This document shows, piece after piece, positions 9,301 through 19,510 of a DNA stretch of 64,000 bases. Origin of the DNA: Candidatus Micrarchaeota archaeon (GTDB lineage: Archaea > Micrarchaeota > Micrarchaeia > CABMEP01); assembly GCA_026413625.1 (NCBI GenBank), contig JAOAKO010000002.1:6623-70622 (forward strand), written 5' to 3'. The first letter of the stretch is position 1, and each line of letters opens with the position of its first letter. The position numbers and the translations under genes are program-made. The notes beneath the pieces were generated by a model. The model saw only the letters and a list, made by a program, of their open reading frames with translations, did not search any database and had not been told where the DNA came from.

Positions 9301-10509
9301 ATGGAGATAGATGACCTTAGGTTAGAGCAAGACATTGTTTCTTTTCTTAAAGCTAGGGACAAAGCCATGGAAACAAATGAAATATTGAAAGAATTTTCGA
9401 ATGTTCCGGCAGAAGAAGTCAAGGGAGCACTCGTAAGACTGAAAACAAAAAACAAACTAGAGGCAAGAAACATAGGAAAATTCGATTTTTGGTATGTTTT
9501 AGAGTCAGTCAAGCCTAAAAAAATATTGATAATCGAGGACGATAAAGACATCAACAATCTGATCCGCCTTAGCCTCGGAGAAGAGAATTATGAAATCAAA
9601 TCAGCTTATGACGGAGATGAGGGATTGAAAGAAATAAACATCTTCAAGCCAGATCTAGTCATTTTAGATTTGATGTTGCCTGGTACTGACGGATTAGAAA
9701 TTTGTAAAAAAATAAAGCTAAATGCTGAAACAAAAAATATAATCGTAGTCATAGTATCTGCCGCAGATGCGACAGTCAACAGATTTTTCGGAATTCAATA
9801 CGGTGCCGACTACTACATCAAAAAACCATTCGATCCAATGGAACTAAGGGCGCTTGTCAACATATTCCTGAACAAAAGCGGAGAGCTTTTTGATCCGTTA
9901 GTGGATCTGCCAGATGTGGAAAGATTAGTTAATAATCTGAAGATATACTTGAATGAAGAAAACAGCAAATTCGTCAAGTTAGAGATAGAAGGCATAGCTG
10001 AATATGAAAAAGTATACGGCGAGAAAGCAAAAATGAAACTAGTAAGGCTTATTTCTCAAATGACTCAAGACAAGATAGCGGATTTCAATGAAAAAATTTT
10101 CATCTCATATTTAGGCGATTCGTCATTCGTTCTAGTTTCAGAAAGCGACGTCATATACACTCTACTTTCAGAGCTCGAGGCAGAATTCAGAAGGGTAAAC
10201 CAATTTATAAAACAAAAACAGTTATCTAAATCACTGTATCAAAAATTAGAATCAACAAAAATAGAAAACGACCATCCAATAAGATTGGTATATTATGACA
10301 TAAATATTGACGCCTTCAAGAAGCAGTTTGAACAAACGATAATAAAAGATTATTCAGAAGAAGCAATCAAAGCAAACATCGCAGCGGTAAGAAACTATTC
10401 TCTAGACCAAATAAGAGCTTGCTTTGAGAATTCAAAGAATGTCGACATAACGATCAAAGAAGTGGGCGGAACCTTAAGAATAACCGCAGGAAAGGAAGGG
10501 AAAAGATAG
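9301..10509 (+). CDS. Response regulator: N-terminal wHTH-like region, receiver domain and degenerate GGDEF-like domain
   Basis: KILIIEDD, PDLVILDLMLPG, GADYYIKKPF; then DPLVDLP...ISYLGDSSFVLV. Confidence 0.88.
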   Translation: MEIDDLRLEQDIVSFLKARDKAMETNEILKEFSNVPAEEVKGALVRLKTKNKLEARNIGKFDFWYVLESVKPKKILIIEDDKDINNLIRLSLGEENYEIKSAYDGDEGLKEINIFKPDLVILDLMLPGTDGLEICKKIKLNAETKNIIVVIVSAADATVNRFFGIQYGADYYIKKPFDPMELRALVNIFLNKSGELFDPLVDLPDVERLVNNLKIYLNEENSKFVKLEIEGIAEYEKVYGEKAKMKLVRLISQMTQDKIADFNEKIFISYLGDSSFVLVSESDVIYTLLSELEAEFRRVNQFIKQKQLSKSLYQKLESTKIENDHPIRLVYYDINIDAFKKQFEQTIIKDYSEEAIKANIAAVRNYSLDQIRACFENSKNVDITIKEVGGTLRITAGKEGKR

Positions 10510-10511
10510 GA

Positions 10512-10835
10512 TCAACGAGAAAGGACTACAACATCTCCCTTTTCAATTTTCATTTTTTTAATAAAACCAGGTTCAGTCTCTAGGACATATCTGTACTTGC
10601 ATTTAGGTTTGATTATCTTAGGGCTGTCTACAAAATAAAATTCGTTAATCTTCATATTTCTATCAAGAAACAAAATTTCAAATTCAGGGCAGAAAAAGGA
10701 GTGGAACGGATAACAAACATCCTCATCAAAAACAAAAAGCAACCTGCTGCAAACATTTTTACAAAACATCAAACCCTTCATTTTTTCCTTTACATTCCTC
10801 AAAATTCTATATTTTTTAACTTTTATTCTTTTCAT
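10512..10835 (-). CDS. DUF192 family protein
   Basis: KMKGLMF, LLFVF, ILFLD, YVLE..PG, IEKGD. Confidence 0.85.
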   Translation of the reverse strand: MKRIKVKKYRILRNVKEKMKGLMFCKNVCSRLLFVFDEDVCYPFHSFFCPEFEILFLDRNMKINEFYFVDSPKIIKPKCKYRYVLETEPGFIKKMKIEKGDVVVLSR

Positions 10836-10960
10836 TTCATCACTTACCCACTATCTGATGCTAACGTTAAGTTTATATATACTACTGTTTATATTATAAT
10901 AGGCTAATTAAATTAAGGCGACTAAATTTCTTTAATCTTAAACTATCTTTTGGTGATCAA

Positions 10961-11611
10961 TTGGACACTAATGTTAAGACAGGAACTACAACGGTAGGTT
11001 TAGTTTGCACTGATGGAATAATAATCGCCGCAGAAAAAAGAGTTACTGCAGGCGGAATGGTCGTAATCTCAGAAGACATAGAAAAAGTAAGAACCCCTGA
11101 AAAGCACATCGCATTTGCAGCAGCGGGTTTGGCCGGAGATCTAGAGGCATTGGATAGAATACTTTCAGTAGAATTCAGGCTTTTTAGAATTAGGGAAGGA
11201 AGGCCGATTTCGGTTGATGCTGCAGTTTCATTCCTACAAAATCTGTTATACCAGTATAAATTCATGCCCTTTTACGTTGCTATAATAATAGGTGGTGTAG
11301 ATAAAGACGGAACACCAAAATTATACACATTAGATCCATCTGGTTCGGTGACACCTGTAAAAGACCACACAGCATATGGTGGAAGCGGCTGGTTTTCTGC
11401 ACAGGCAGTCTTAGACGACATTTATGAAAAGACATCAATAAACGAGGCAATTCCGATAGTGGCGAGAGCCATCAATGCTGCAAAGAAAAGGGACACTGCA
11501 TCCGGAGGAGGAATAGACATTGTGGCAATAACAAAAGACGGCATTAGAAAATTCAAACCTGAAGAAGTAGAAAAAATACTAGAAAAATCAAAAGAAAAAA
11601 AGAAGAAATAA
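10961..11611 (+). CDS. psmB: Proteasome subunit beta
   Basis: Propeptide cleavage site KTG/TTTVG, AAEKR, LDPSG, GGSG, RDTASGG; TTG start. Confidence 0.95.
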   Translation: MDTNVKTGTTTVGLVCTDGIIIAAEKRVTAGGMVVISEDIEKVRTPEKHIAFAAAGLAGDLEALDRILSVEFRLFRIREGRPISVDAAVSFLQNLLYQYKFMPFYVAIIIGGVDKDGTPKLYTLDPSGSVTPVKDHTAYGGSGWFSAQAVLDDIYEKTSINEAIPIVARAINAAKKRDTASGGGIDIVAITKDGIRKFKPEEVEKILEKSKEKKKK

Positions 11612-11656
11612 CAATTGATCCTATTCAACTATTTTAACTGTTTTAAAGTGTGAAAA

Positions 11657-13558
11657 ATGCAAAACTTACTTTCAGACATTACAAAGAAAATAGAACAGTT
11701 TATTCCAACTGGTTGCTCTATAGCAAAAATCGAAGCCGAAGGTCCAGATATTATTCTATATATAGATGATATAGAGAAATTTTATGCTGTAGACAATCCA
11801 GTTAAGGATATAGCGAACGCACTAAAGAAAAAAATAATCGTTAGGGCCGCACCCCAGCTTCTAATGAAGCCAGATGAAGCAAAGGAAACGATTTCAAAAC
11901 TGATCCAGGCAGAAGCGGGAGTCAATGAAATTAGATTTTCACCCGAATTTCACGAAGTATGGATAGAGGCTTACAAACCGGGCCTCGTAATCGGAAAAGG
12001 GGGAACAACCCTTAAAGAAATAATCAAGTCGACAGGGTGGGCGCCAAAGGTATTAAGAACTCCGACGCTACCTTCAGAAGTTGTTAAAAGCATTAGGTCA
12101 ACAATGCTAAAAGAGGCGGAATTAAGGAAGAAATTTTTACTTAAAACCGGAAAAAGAATATTTTCCAATGTAGAGAAAACCTCATGGATAAAAATAACTG
12201 CATTGGGAGGTTTTAAAGAAGTCGGAAGGTCATGCATATTCTTGGAGACATCAAACGATAAAATAGTGCTTGATGCGGGTCTTAAGTTCGAAGCAACAGA
12301 TACAGCAAAAGACTTTTATCCATACGTATCGACGCTAAATATTCCATTTGACGAGATCAATGCCATAGTGCTTTCGCACAGCCACTTAGACCATTGCGGC
12401 TTCATTCCATATTTCTTTGCAATGGGTTACGAGGGCCCCATCTATTGCACCCCTCCAAGCAGAGATCTCATGGCACTTTTGACATTCGATTATATAAAAG
12501 TCATGAAGAAACAGGGATTAACGCCCCTCTACGAAGAGAAAGACGTTAGAAAAGCGCTTTTACACTGCATAACCCGCGATTTCGGAGAAGTAACAGACAT
12601 AAGTCCGGAAATAAAACTAACCTTACACAATTCAGGCCACATATTGGGCAGTTCTGTAGTGCATCTGCACATTAGCGATGGTTTGCACAATTTAGTTTAT
12701 AGCGGCGATCTTAAGTTCAGCCACACTAAACTACTTAATCCGGCAGTAAACACATTTCCAAGGGTAGAAACATTAATATTAGAAAGCACTTACGGCGGGA
12801 AGGAAGATTTCCATCATCCACGGCCTCAAGCAGAGGAAAAAGTCATTAAAATCGTAACCGAGACAATAGCTAAGGGAGGAAAAGTTTTAATCCCCGTATT
12901 TTCAGTCGGCAGATCTCAAGATATAATGTTAGTATTCGAAGAATTTGCAAGAAGAAACCCAGATAAGGCAAATTTCAAAGTTTACATAGACGGAATGATT
13001 CTTGAAGCATCGGCAATACATACAGTATATCCGGAGTACTTAAAGGACAGCTTGCAGAGAATGATTTTAAGCGGGAAGAGCCCGTTCGAGTCGCCAATCT
13101 TTGAAGTGGTTAAAGGAAACCGTCAAGAAGTAATAGACGGAGAGCCGTGCGTAATACTCGCTCCTTCAGGTATGATGACTGGAGGTCCTTCAGTAGAGTA
13201 TTTCAAGGCATTGGCTGGCGATCCAAAGAATTCAATAATATTTGTCGGTTTCAATACGAATTATTCGCTGGGAAGAAAGATACAGAAAGGAGAGAAAGAA
13301 GTTGCTATAGTTGGCGAAGATGGTAGATTGGAAACAATTCAGGTAAAACTTAGAGTCGAAACGGCAGAAGGATTTAGCGGCCACAGCGATAGAAGGCAAC
13401 TCACAAACTATGTCAAATCAATGAAGCCGAAACCGTCGCTTGTTCTTATAGATCACGGCGAGCCTAAGAAATGCGAAGAGCTGGCGCATTCTCTCTCAAG
13501 GCTATTAGGCATAGATGTTAGGGCTCCAATGGACCTGGATTCTATCAGGCTAAAATAA
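11657..13558 (+). CDS. fttA: KH-domain beta-CASP ribonuclease aCPSF1/FttA
   Basis: EGP, KPGLVIGKGG KH domain, LGGFKEVGRSC, SHSHLDHCG, GHILGS, FSGHSD; directly downstream of psmB, a conserved synteny. Confidence 0.95.
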   Translation: MQNLLSDITKKIEQFIPTGCSIAKIEAEGPDIILYIDDIEKFYAVDNPVKDIANALKKKIIVRAAPQLLMKPDEAKETISKLIQAEAGVNEIRFSPEFHEVWIEAYKPGLVIGKGGTTLKEIIKSTGWAPKVLRTPTLPSEVVKSIRSTMLKEAELRKKFLLKTGKRIFSNVEKTSWIKITALGGFKEVGRSCIFLETSNDKIVLDAGLKFEATDTAKDFYPYVSTLNIPFDEINAIVLSHSHLDHCGFIPYFFAMGYEGPIYCTPPSRDLMALLTFDYIKVMKKQGLTPLYEEKDVRKALLHCITRDFGEVTDISPEIKLTLHNSGHILGSSVVHLHISDGLHNLVYSGDLKFSHTKLLNPAVNTFPRVETLILESTYGGKEDFHHPRPQAEEKVIKIVTETIAKGGKVLIPVFSVGRSQDIMLVFEEFARRNPDKANFKVYIDGMILEASAIHTVYPEYLKDSLQRMILSGKSPFESPIFEVVKGNRQEVIDGEPCVILAPSGMMTGGPSVEYFKALAGDPKNSIIFVGFNTNYSLGRKIQKGEKEVAIVGEDGRLETIQVKLRVETAEGFSGHSDRRQLTNYVKSMKPKPSLVLIDHGEPKKCEELAHSLSRLLGIDVRAPMDLDSIRLK

Positions 13559-13593
13559 GTAAAATTTAAAAATAATATTCTCATTATAATCTT

Positions 13594-13827
13594 ATGAATA
13601 GGAATCTTAAAGGTCAACTCTCCATAGAGTTGATCATAATTCTTGCAATTTTGCTAGGAGTGGTTTTCCTAGTAGCTTCTAAGATGAGAGAATCCGCAAG
13701 CAAGGCAGCGGCATCCATAGACAATACAACTGAAAAGATCCATGAACAGATCGAACAGACAACAGAATCAACAGGAACGGCTGCACCAAGCACCCCACAT
13801 GATATAGGGCACTTTGTTTCACTATAG
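13594..13827 (+). CDS. Type IV pilin-like protein (class III signal peptide)
   Basis: LKG/QLSIELIIILAILLGVV. Confidence 0.85.
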   Translation: MNRNLKGQLSIELIIILAILLGVVFLVASKMRESASKAAASIDNTTEKIHEQIEQTTESTGTAAPSTPHDIGHFVSL

Positions 13828-13840
13828 TCCGTGGTGGCTA

Positions 13841-14254
13841 ATGGATGGATTTTTTCAAAGCAAGAAAGGACAGCTATCCATAGAGTTCATTTTAATTTTC
13901 GCTATTTTTCTCTCGGTATTACTTATATTCATAGGGCAGTTTAACAAAATAAAAGACAGAGCCCAAACAGACATACAGAAAAACCTGGTCAGAAAAACTT
14001 CTATAGACATCGAAAATGCAATAAACTCAATTTGCATTTTGGGGGACAATAACATCCGCGAGCTAGATTTTTATTTCTTGGAGAAAACATTCCTAATGAA
14101 AGAAAACGACAGACTAATACTTGCGTCTGATTCAGCAAACGTCACACTGTCTACCAAATGTACGGTTCAGTTTTCATCTCCGCTCGAATTGAACAAAAAA
14201 ATAAAAATAGAAGGAAAAGACAGCACGGTAAAGATATACGCTAAAGACTCATAA
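13841..14254 (+). CDS. Type IV pilin-like protein (class III signal peptide)
   Basis: KKG/QLSIEFILIFAIFLSV. Confidence 0.82.
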   Translation: MDGFFQSKKGQLSIEFILIFAIFLSVLLIFIGQFNKIKDRAQTDIQKNLVRKTSIDIENAINSICILGDNNIRELDFYFLEKTFLMKENDRLILASDSANVTLSTKCTVQFSSPLELNKKIKIEGKDSTVKIYAKDS

Positions 14255-14776
14255 CCCTAGCATCGAGGCAATAGTTTCTGGATTAAAAATAGACAAATTG
14301 CTTATATCGCCTATTGCTCCAGAAACGACAAGTGACACAAGGTACACGACAGAAGCAACTAAAATCGCCACTGCAACATTTCCTTTCTTTATTTCACCCA
14401 ATTCATCGATGCCTACAGTCATAGAGTCAAGTATTCTTATTGCAATATATATGGTGAGTATTGCTATTAAAATGACAATCCCAAGGTGTACAATCGCTAA
14501 TATGAATGAAACAATAAACAATGGGAGCGACACCCCTTTGAGGAGTATATTGTCAAACTGTTTCACTCCCTGCTGCACAATATTACCTATAGACAATATC
14601 AAAGCTGCAAGTATTATCGCAACAGCAGGATTTCCTCTTTTGAGCTCCTTGATTTCATCGATACCTTTTGTCATTTTGTCATAAAACCTTAAACCTAAAT
14701 ATACGGAAAGAATCGCAAACAATATTCCAATGAAAATTTGAAGTAAGAACACTATTACTGAAAAACCAATATCCAT
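14249..14776 (-). CDS. DUF350-like membrane protein with an internal duplication
   Basis: DKMTKGIDEIKELKRGNPAVAI repeated as DSMTVGIDELGEIKKGNVAVAI. Confidence 0.8.
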   Translation of the reverse strand: MDIGFSVIVFLLQIFIGILFAILSVYLGLRFYDKMTKGIDEIKELKRGNPAVAIILAALILSIGNIVQQGVKQFDNILLKGVSLPLFIVSFILAIVHLGIVILIAILTIYIAIRILDSMTVGIDELGEIKKGNVAVAILVASVVYLVSLVVSGAIGDISNLSIFNPETIASMLGL

Positions 14777-14859
14777 AACCTCACCTTTTATATTCCTATA
14801 CTGTAATACTTTTATAGGAATATATTTTTATTTCTTTCAGATGCACGAAGGTAGATTAA

Positions 14860-16023
14860 ATGTTAATAGGCATAACTGGAAAGCCATCAAGCGGGAAATC
14901 AACGTTCTTTTCAGCTGCAACTTTAATAGACGTTCCAATAAGTCCGCGTCCATTCACAACTATAGATCCAAACAAAGGTGTAACATACGTTCAAATAGAT
15001 TGTCCGTGCAAAAGTTTAGGTGTGCACTGCAATCCCAAGAATGGAAAATGCGAAAACGGCAAAAGATTCGTTCCAATTAATCTTTTGGACATCGCCGGCT
15101 TGGTGCCGGGGGCGCACAAAGGCAAAGGTTTGGGCAACAGATTCTTAGACGATATAAGGTCGGCAGACGTGCTTATACAGGTAGTCGACGCAAGCGGAAA
15201 AACAGACTCGGAAGGAAACCCAACAGACAATTTTGATCCTGCCGAAGAAATAATCTTCCTTGAGGAAGAAATATCCTATTGGATCGAAGGAATAATATTG
15301 CGAGGCTGGAATAAGGTTAAAGGAAGAGACATCAAATCCCTTTATGATATACTTACAGGTTTGAATATTTCAGAGTCGGAAATAGAACGAGTCGCCAAAA
15401 ATCTTTCTCTCCCATTAGAGCGAATAAATTGGACTGAAGAGCAGATATCTTTATTCAGCAGAAACATTAAGAAAGAAGTAATGCCAATCATAGTCGCTGC
15501 AAATAAAATAGATTTACCTGGGGCAAGAGAAAATTTTACCAGACTGAGGGAAAAGTTCCCAGATAAATTAATAATAGGAACGTATGCGGACGGGGAGCTC
15601 GCATTGAGAAAGGCAGCAAAAAACAACATAGTCAAATATACGCCCGGCGAAAGGAGTTTTGAAATAATAAATGCGAACGATCAGCAGAAGAAAGCACTTG
15701 AAAAAATCAAAAAAGTGTTGGACGAAAACGGTGGAACAGGCGTTCAAGAAATAATAGACAAGGCAGTATTCGAATTTCTAGGTTTGATTGTTGTGTTTCC
15801 TGTGAGTGACGAGCATAAATATTCCGACAACTTCGGAAACGTTCTTCCCGATGCGATACTGGTAAAGAAAGGAACGACAGCAATTCAACTTGCAGGAAAG
15901 ATACACTCAGACCTCGCTAAAACCTTTCTTTATGCGATAGATGCAAAAAGGAAACTGAGAATAGGTAAAGACCAAATTCTCAACAACGGAGACATTATAA
16001 AAATAGTTTCCGCATCGAAATAA
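14860..16023 (+). CDS. ychF: YchF/Ola1-family (archaeal Ygr210-type) P-loop NTPase with TGS domain
   Basis: GKPSSGKST, PFTTIDPN, DIAGLVPGAHKGKGLGNRFL, ANKID, IHSDL. Confidence 0.92.
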   Translation: MLIGITGKPSSGKSTFFSAATLIDVPISPRPFTTIDPNKGVTYVQIDCPCKSLGVHCNPKNGKCENGKRFVPINLLDIAGLVPGAHKGKGLGNRFLDDIRSADVLIQVVDASGKTDSEGNPTDNFDPAEEIIFLEEEISYWIEGIILRGWNKVKGRDIKSLYDILTGLNISESEIERVAKNLSLPLERINWTEEQISLFSRNIKKEVMPIIVAANKIDLPGARENFTRLREKFPDKLIIGTYADGELALRKAAKNNIVKYTPGERSFEIINANDQQKKALEKIKKVLDENGGTGVQEIIDKAVFEFLGLIVVFPVSDEHKYSDNFGNVLPDAILVKKGTTAIQLAGKIHSDLAKTFLYAIDAKRKLRIGKDQILNNGDIIKIVSASK

Positions 16024-16024
16024 G

Positions 16025-16339
16025 CTATAATCTATATATCTGAATATGCGGCACCTTTTCCTTTCCTATCAGTCTACAATTTTTCACATCGAATCCTTTC
16101 TTTTCAATGAACTCTACCGACAATTTTCCGACGACATTTATAACTGCCGCTTCCTTGAGTTTGAGATCGATGTCCTCAATTTTTTCCAATTCCTCGCCCA
16201 AATAGAATTTCCTATATTTATCTAAATCAAGACAAATTTTGCCGTCAGTGTATTTTTTTCCTATTAAGGAAGAGTCACATACGGCGATTATGGTCCATTT
16301 GCCTTTTTTCATTATGTTGATCAATATTCTATTTTCCAT
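16025..16339 (-). CDS. DUF424 family protein
   Basis: IIAVCDSSLIGK, FYLGE, INVVG, VPHIQI. Confidence 0.85.
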   Translation of the reverse strand: MENRILINIMKKGKWTIIAVCDSSLIGKKYTDGKICLDLDKYRKFYLGEELEKIEDIDLKLKEAAVINVVGKLSVEFIEKKGFDVKNCRLIGKEKVPHIQIYRL

Positions 16340-16349
16340 TGAGAGACAC

Positions 16350-16994
16350 CTAACTTAACTTCGATATCAATTCATTTTCACCCATAAATCCATAGTACAC
16401 CTTTTCATTAATAACAATTGCAGGAAGCCGCCCTGAATCAATCCGGTATTTGCTTATCAAAGCTCTGTTTAAAGTAGAGTTTATAGCAAGATCGAACGTA
16501 TACACTTTTGTATTGGTTTTCATTCTTACGGAAGTTATAATTTCACCCTGCTGCCTGCACAGCCTGCACTCGTCGCTATTAACAAAATAAAGGATTAAAT
16601 TTCGAGTGTCTCCACAAATCTGCTTAACTTTTTTATTAAGCAAGTAATCTCTCAGTTCAAGCTCCATATAATTCGCCTTTATGTAATCATCGGCCCCTCT
16701 CTTTTCTTCCATAAATTCGATCTGCTTTCCCAATTCATATGTTTCTTCCCAGAATTTAGAGAGTTCATTATTAAGATATTCGCAATATTCGCTTTCATTT
16801 TCTAAAAGAGTCAGCACACTCAAAGTGGCAAGCTTATTTCCTATGGCTTGTATTCTTTCGTTCATCTGTTCGGATACTGTTTTTTCAATTTGCAGTCCAA
16901 ACCAGATTCCAACGCTAAAAATAACCAATGAGATTATAAATGCAGCTAAGTATATGTTCCAACTTATCTTTCTTTCTATCTTTTTTAGAACCAT
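16350..16994 (-). CDS. Membrane-anchored thioredoxin-fold protein
   Basis: N-terminal TM helix, coiled coil, LILYF...CRLC (CxxC), LPAIVIN. Confidence 0.7.
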   Translation of the reverse strand: MVLKKIERKISWNIYLAAFIISLVIFSVGIWFGLQIEKTVSEQMNERIQAIGNKLATLSVLTLLENESEYCEYLNNELSKFWEETYELGKQIEFMEEKRGADDYIKANYMELELRDYLLNKKVKQICGDTRNLILYFVNSDECRLCRQQGEIITSVRMKTNTKVYTFDLAINSTLNRALISKYRIDSGRLPAIVINEKVYYGFMGENELISKLS

Positions 16995-16998
16995 AATA

Positions 16999-18180
16999 TC
17001 ACCATCTCTGCTTCTCCCCTTTAAGCTCTTTAAATATGGCAATGAACATAAATAAAGTTATCAAGTAACAGTATAGGAGCGTGTAAATAAGAAGGTATCT
17101 CTTTCTTATCCTGCTCTCTTTCATTTCTTTGAGCGCCAAAACAGTCCAGAACAAAGTAATCGCCAAAACTATGACGGATAAAATATGGATGGGCTCTACT
17201 GTCAGAAGGAATTTGTCTAAAACTAAGAAATTACCTTTAGAAACTGCGGTGGCGACTGCCATGGAAACAACAACCAAAAGCACTATCGATAGTATGCTGT
17301 ATAGCATCACAAACATTCCGAAATCTCCGTATTTAGGGTTTACGGTATAGCGATATTTGAGGATGTTTCTAAATCCTCCCCTGTGCCACCGTTCACGCTG
17401 TCTCATAAATGAAGAGAAATCCTTCGGAACGTCCGTATATACAACAGCGTCCATGCAGCTCTCTATTTTGTAATTAGCGGCCTGTATTCTTAGCGCTATT
17501 TCCTGGTCTTCCATAATGTTATTCGGATCAAAACCCCCCACTTCATCAAAAATTTCCCTTCTGAATGCACTGAAGGGACCGGGAGTTACATAAACTCCGT
17601 TGATCATGGCGAAGAGCCTTCTGTTGAATATCGTAAACAAATATTCGAGCCTCTGAAGCTTTTCCAGAAAAGTCATATTCTCTCTTTCCCTTACTTTAAC
17701 TGCAGATGTAACCGCAGCCACGTCTTCTTTAAAGTAGGCGAGCATTTTTCTGAGGCTGTCCTTTTCAATATAAGAATCAGCATCCAGCGTCACGATTATC
17801 TCTCCTTTAGCCTCCTTTATCCCCCTATTCAACGAGTCAGCCTTCCCGCTATTTTGCTTGTTTATCAATCTAACTCTCTTATCTTTTATAGACTTTACAA
17901 CTTCTGCGGTTTTATCTTTAGAGCCGTCGTTAACAACGATGACCTCTAATTTATTTTTAGGATAATCGGAATTTAAGACAGACTTTATAGTTTCCAATAT
18001 GGTATTTTCTTCATTGTAAGCCGGAATTACGAAACTGACCGTGGGTTCAAATCTCGTTGTTTTGGGGATTTCTCTAACTTTTTGACGGTTTTTCAAATAT
18101 ATCAGTAGCATAGTTGTTGTAAAGAAAAGCACCAAGAACATCATTATATATTCTATTATTCTAGTTGGAGAAAGATCCAT
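16999..18180 (-). CDS. Processive family-2 glycosyltransferase (IcaA/PgaC/cellulose-synthase-like)
   Basis: IPAYNEE, NDGSKD, GKADSLN, DADS, MED, QRERW (QxxRW), flanking TM helices. Confidence 0.92.
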   Translation of the reverse strand: MDLSPTRIIEYIMMFLVLFFTTTMLLIYLKNRQKVREIPKTTRFEPTVSFVIPAYNEENTILETIKSVLNSDYPKNKLEVIVVNDGSKDKTAEVVKSIKDKRVRLINKQNSGKADSLNRGIKEAKGEIIVTLDADSYIEKDSLRKMLAYFKEDVAAVTSAVKVRERENMTFLEKLQRLEYLFTIFNRRLFAMINGVYVTPGPFSAFRREIFDEVGGFDPNNIMEDQEIALRIQAANYKIESCMDAVVYTDVPKDFSSFMRQRERWHRGGFRNILKYRYTVNPKYGDFGMFVMLYSILSIVLLVVVSMAVATAVSKGNFLVLDKFLLTVEPIHILSVIVLAITLFWTVLALKEMKESRIRKRYLLIYTLLYCYLITLFMFIAIFKELKGEKQRW

Positions 18181-18189
18181 CGAATCATC

Positions 18190-19332
18190 TTATATTCTTT
18201 TAACATCCAAAAGCTCTCGAAGCGCGCTGGTTGCATACGCACCTTTTGTAAGATTGAATTCCAATACGTAATCTTTATCTTTACTAATATTTAAATCCTT
18301 TACATTTACTAACAGAGGCCTCCAAGAACCCCTACATCCTACTTCGGGGAAATCCCTGACTTTAAAATCACCTATTTCAATTCCTTCCTTCCACAATATA
18401 TCCAACGCTATCTCATTCGGCCTGCTGTCATAGCCTATAATCTGAATACACGTTACTTTATTTCCGCCAACATCTACATCAACATACCCGTATTTGTTGA
18501 AATCGCAAGTCTTATCATTTTCAATCGGATCTAAGAGCTTGTTTTTAATTCTATAGCTTAACTCAAGATTAAAAAGATATGACTGGTAGGCTTCTATTAT
18601 TATCTTCAAAATTTTAGAAGGAATTAATTTAACCGCCTTTTTAAAGCGCTCTTTATCATTATTAGCTCTAATATATTCACTGATTCTATTTTCATAATAA
18701 CCAAGTTCGGTTGATTCATTTTCAGATGCCAACAATCCATTAACAGCCCCCTCATAATCTTTCAGAAGGATTCTTTTTCCGATTTCTGCATTGCTGAACC
18801 TTGAACCAAATCTCTGCGGCCCAAAATAATTAGGTACAAAACCATTCGTGTCCTTCAATATCTCATAGATGCGATCTATGTCCTCCACATCCTGCAAAGT
18901 TATTTGAAATTTATTTCCTGTAAGAAAACCAGTCGCAATTCTATTTTTAGTTTCCCAGATCTTAACAATCCTTATCCTTCTCAACTTGCTATTGACTCCG
19001 ATGAAATCTTCTTTTGTCAAGGAATCCTTTCTACAAGAAACAAGCTGGAAAGTGACAGCGTTTTTATCTTTTTGTCCTGCAACGCTAAACCTTTCAGGTT
19101 TAATCCCTAAACTTTTAGCTAACATTCTTACAGCATCTAAAGTAGTAACCCCGTTTTTGTACAATATGAATGTAAAATAATCTCCGGCTTCATCTAGCCG
19201 CTTCAATTTATTTATGGGCGTTCCGTCAAATATCTCCTCTACTATAAAGCATTCGTTTCCATCTTTTCTCTTTCCGCCGCATCCCTTTAGCTTGGAAAGA
19301 TGAGACAATTTATCAAACATAATATCACTCAT
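18190..19332 (-). CDS. truD: tRNA pseudouridine(13) synthase
   Basis: FIVEE, AGQKDKNAVTFQ, GNKFQI, PNYFGPQRFG, AYQSYLFN, FNLTKGAYATSALRE. Confidence 0.93.
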   Translation of the reverse strand: MSDIMFDKLSHLSKLKGCGGKRKDGNECFIVEEIFDGTPINKLKRLDEAGDYFTFILYKNGVTTLDAVRMLAKSLGIKPERFSVAGQKDKNAVTFQLVSCRKDSLTKEDFIGVNSKLRRIRIVKIWETKNRIATGFLTGNKFQITLQDVEDIDRIYEILKDTNGFVPNYFGPQRFGSRFSNAEIGKRILLKDYEGAVNGLLASENESTELGYYENRISEYIRANNDKERFKKAVKLIPSKILKIIIEAYQSYLFNLELSYRIKNKLLDPIENDKTCDFNKYGYVDVDVGGNKVTCIQIIGYDSRPNEIALDILWKEGIEIGDFKVRDFPEVGCRGSWRPLLVNVKDLNISKDKDYVLEFNLTKGAYATSALRELLDVKRI

Positions 19333-19510
19333 ATTTGTTCCTCAATTCATTTCAACGTTTTGCATACAAAATACTTGAAGAAAGGGGTTTAACATACTAT
19401 TCTAACTCTCGGATTTTAGTGGAAGTATGTGAAGGCAGGATAAAAGAAAAAGTATTTATACTAATTATATTTCATTAGTAAGATTTATAAATCTTTTAGA
19501 TATTATACTT

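Noticed and set aside
19333-19440. Tiny minus-strand ORF (MLNPFLQVFCMQNVEMN) upstream of truD
   Set aside because: Only 17 codons, with no SD and no other support.
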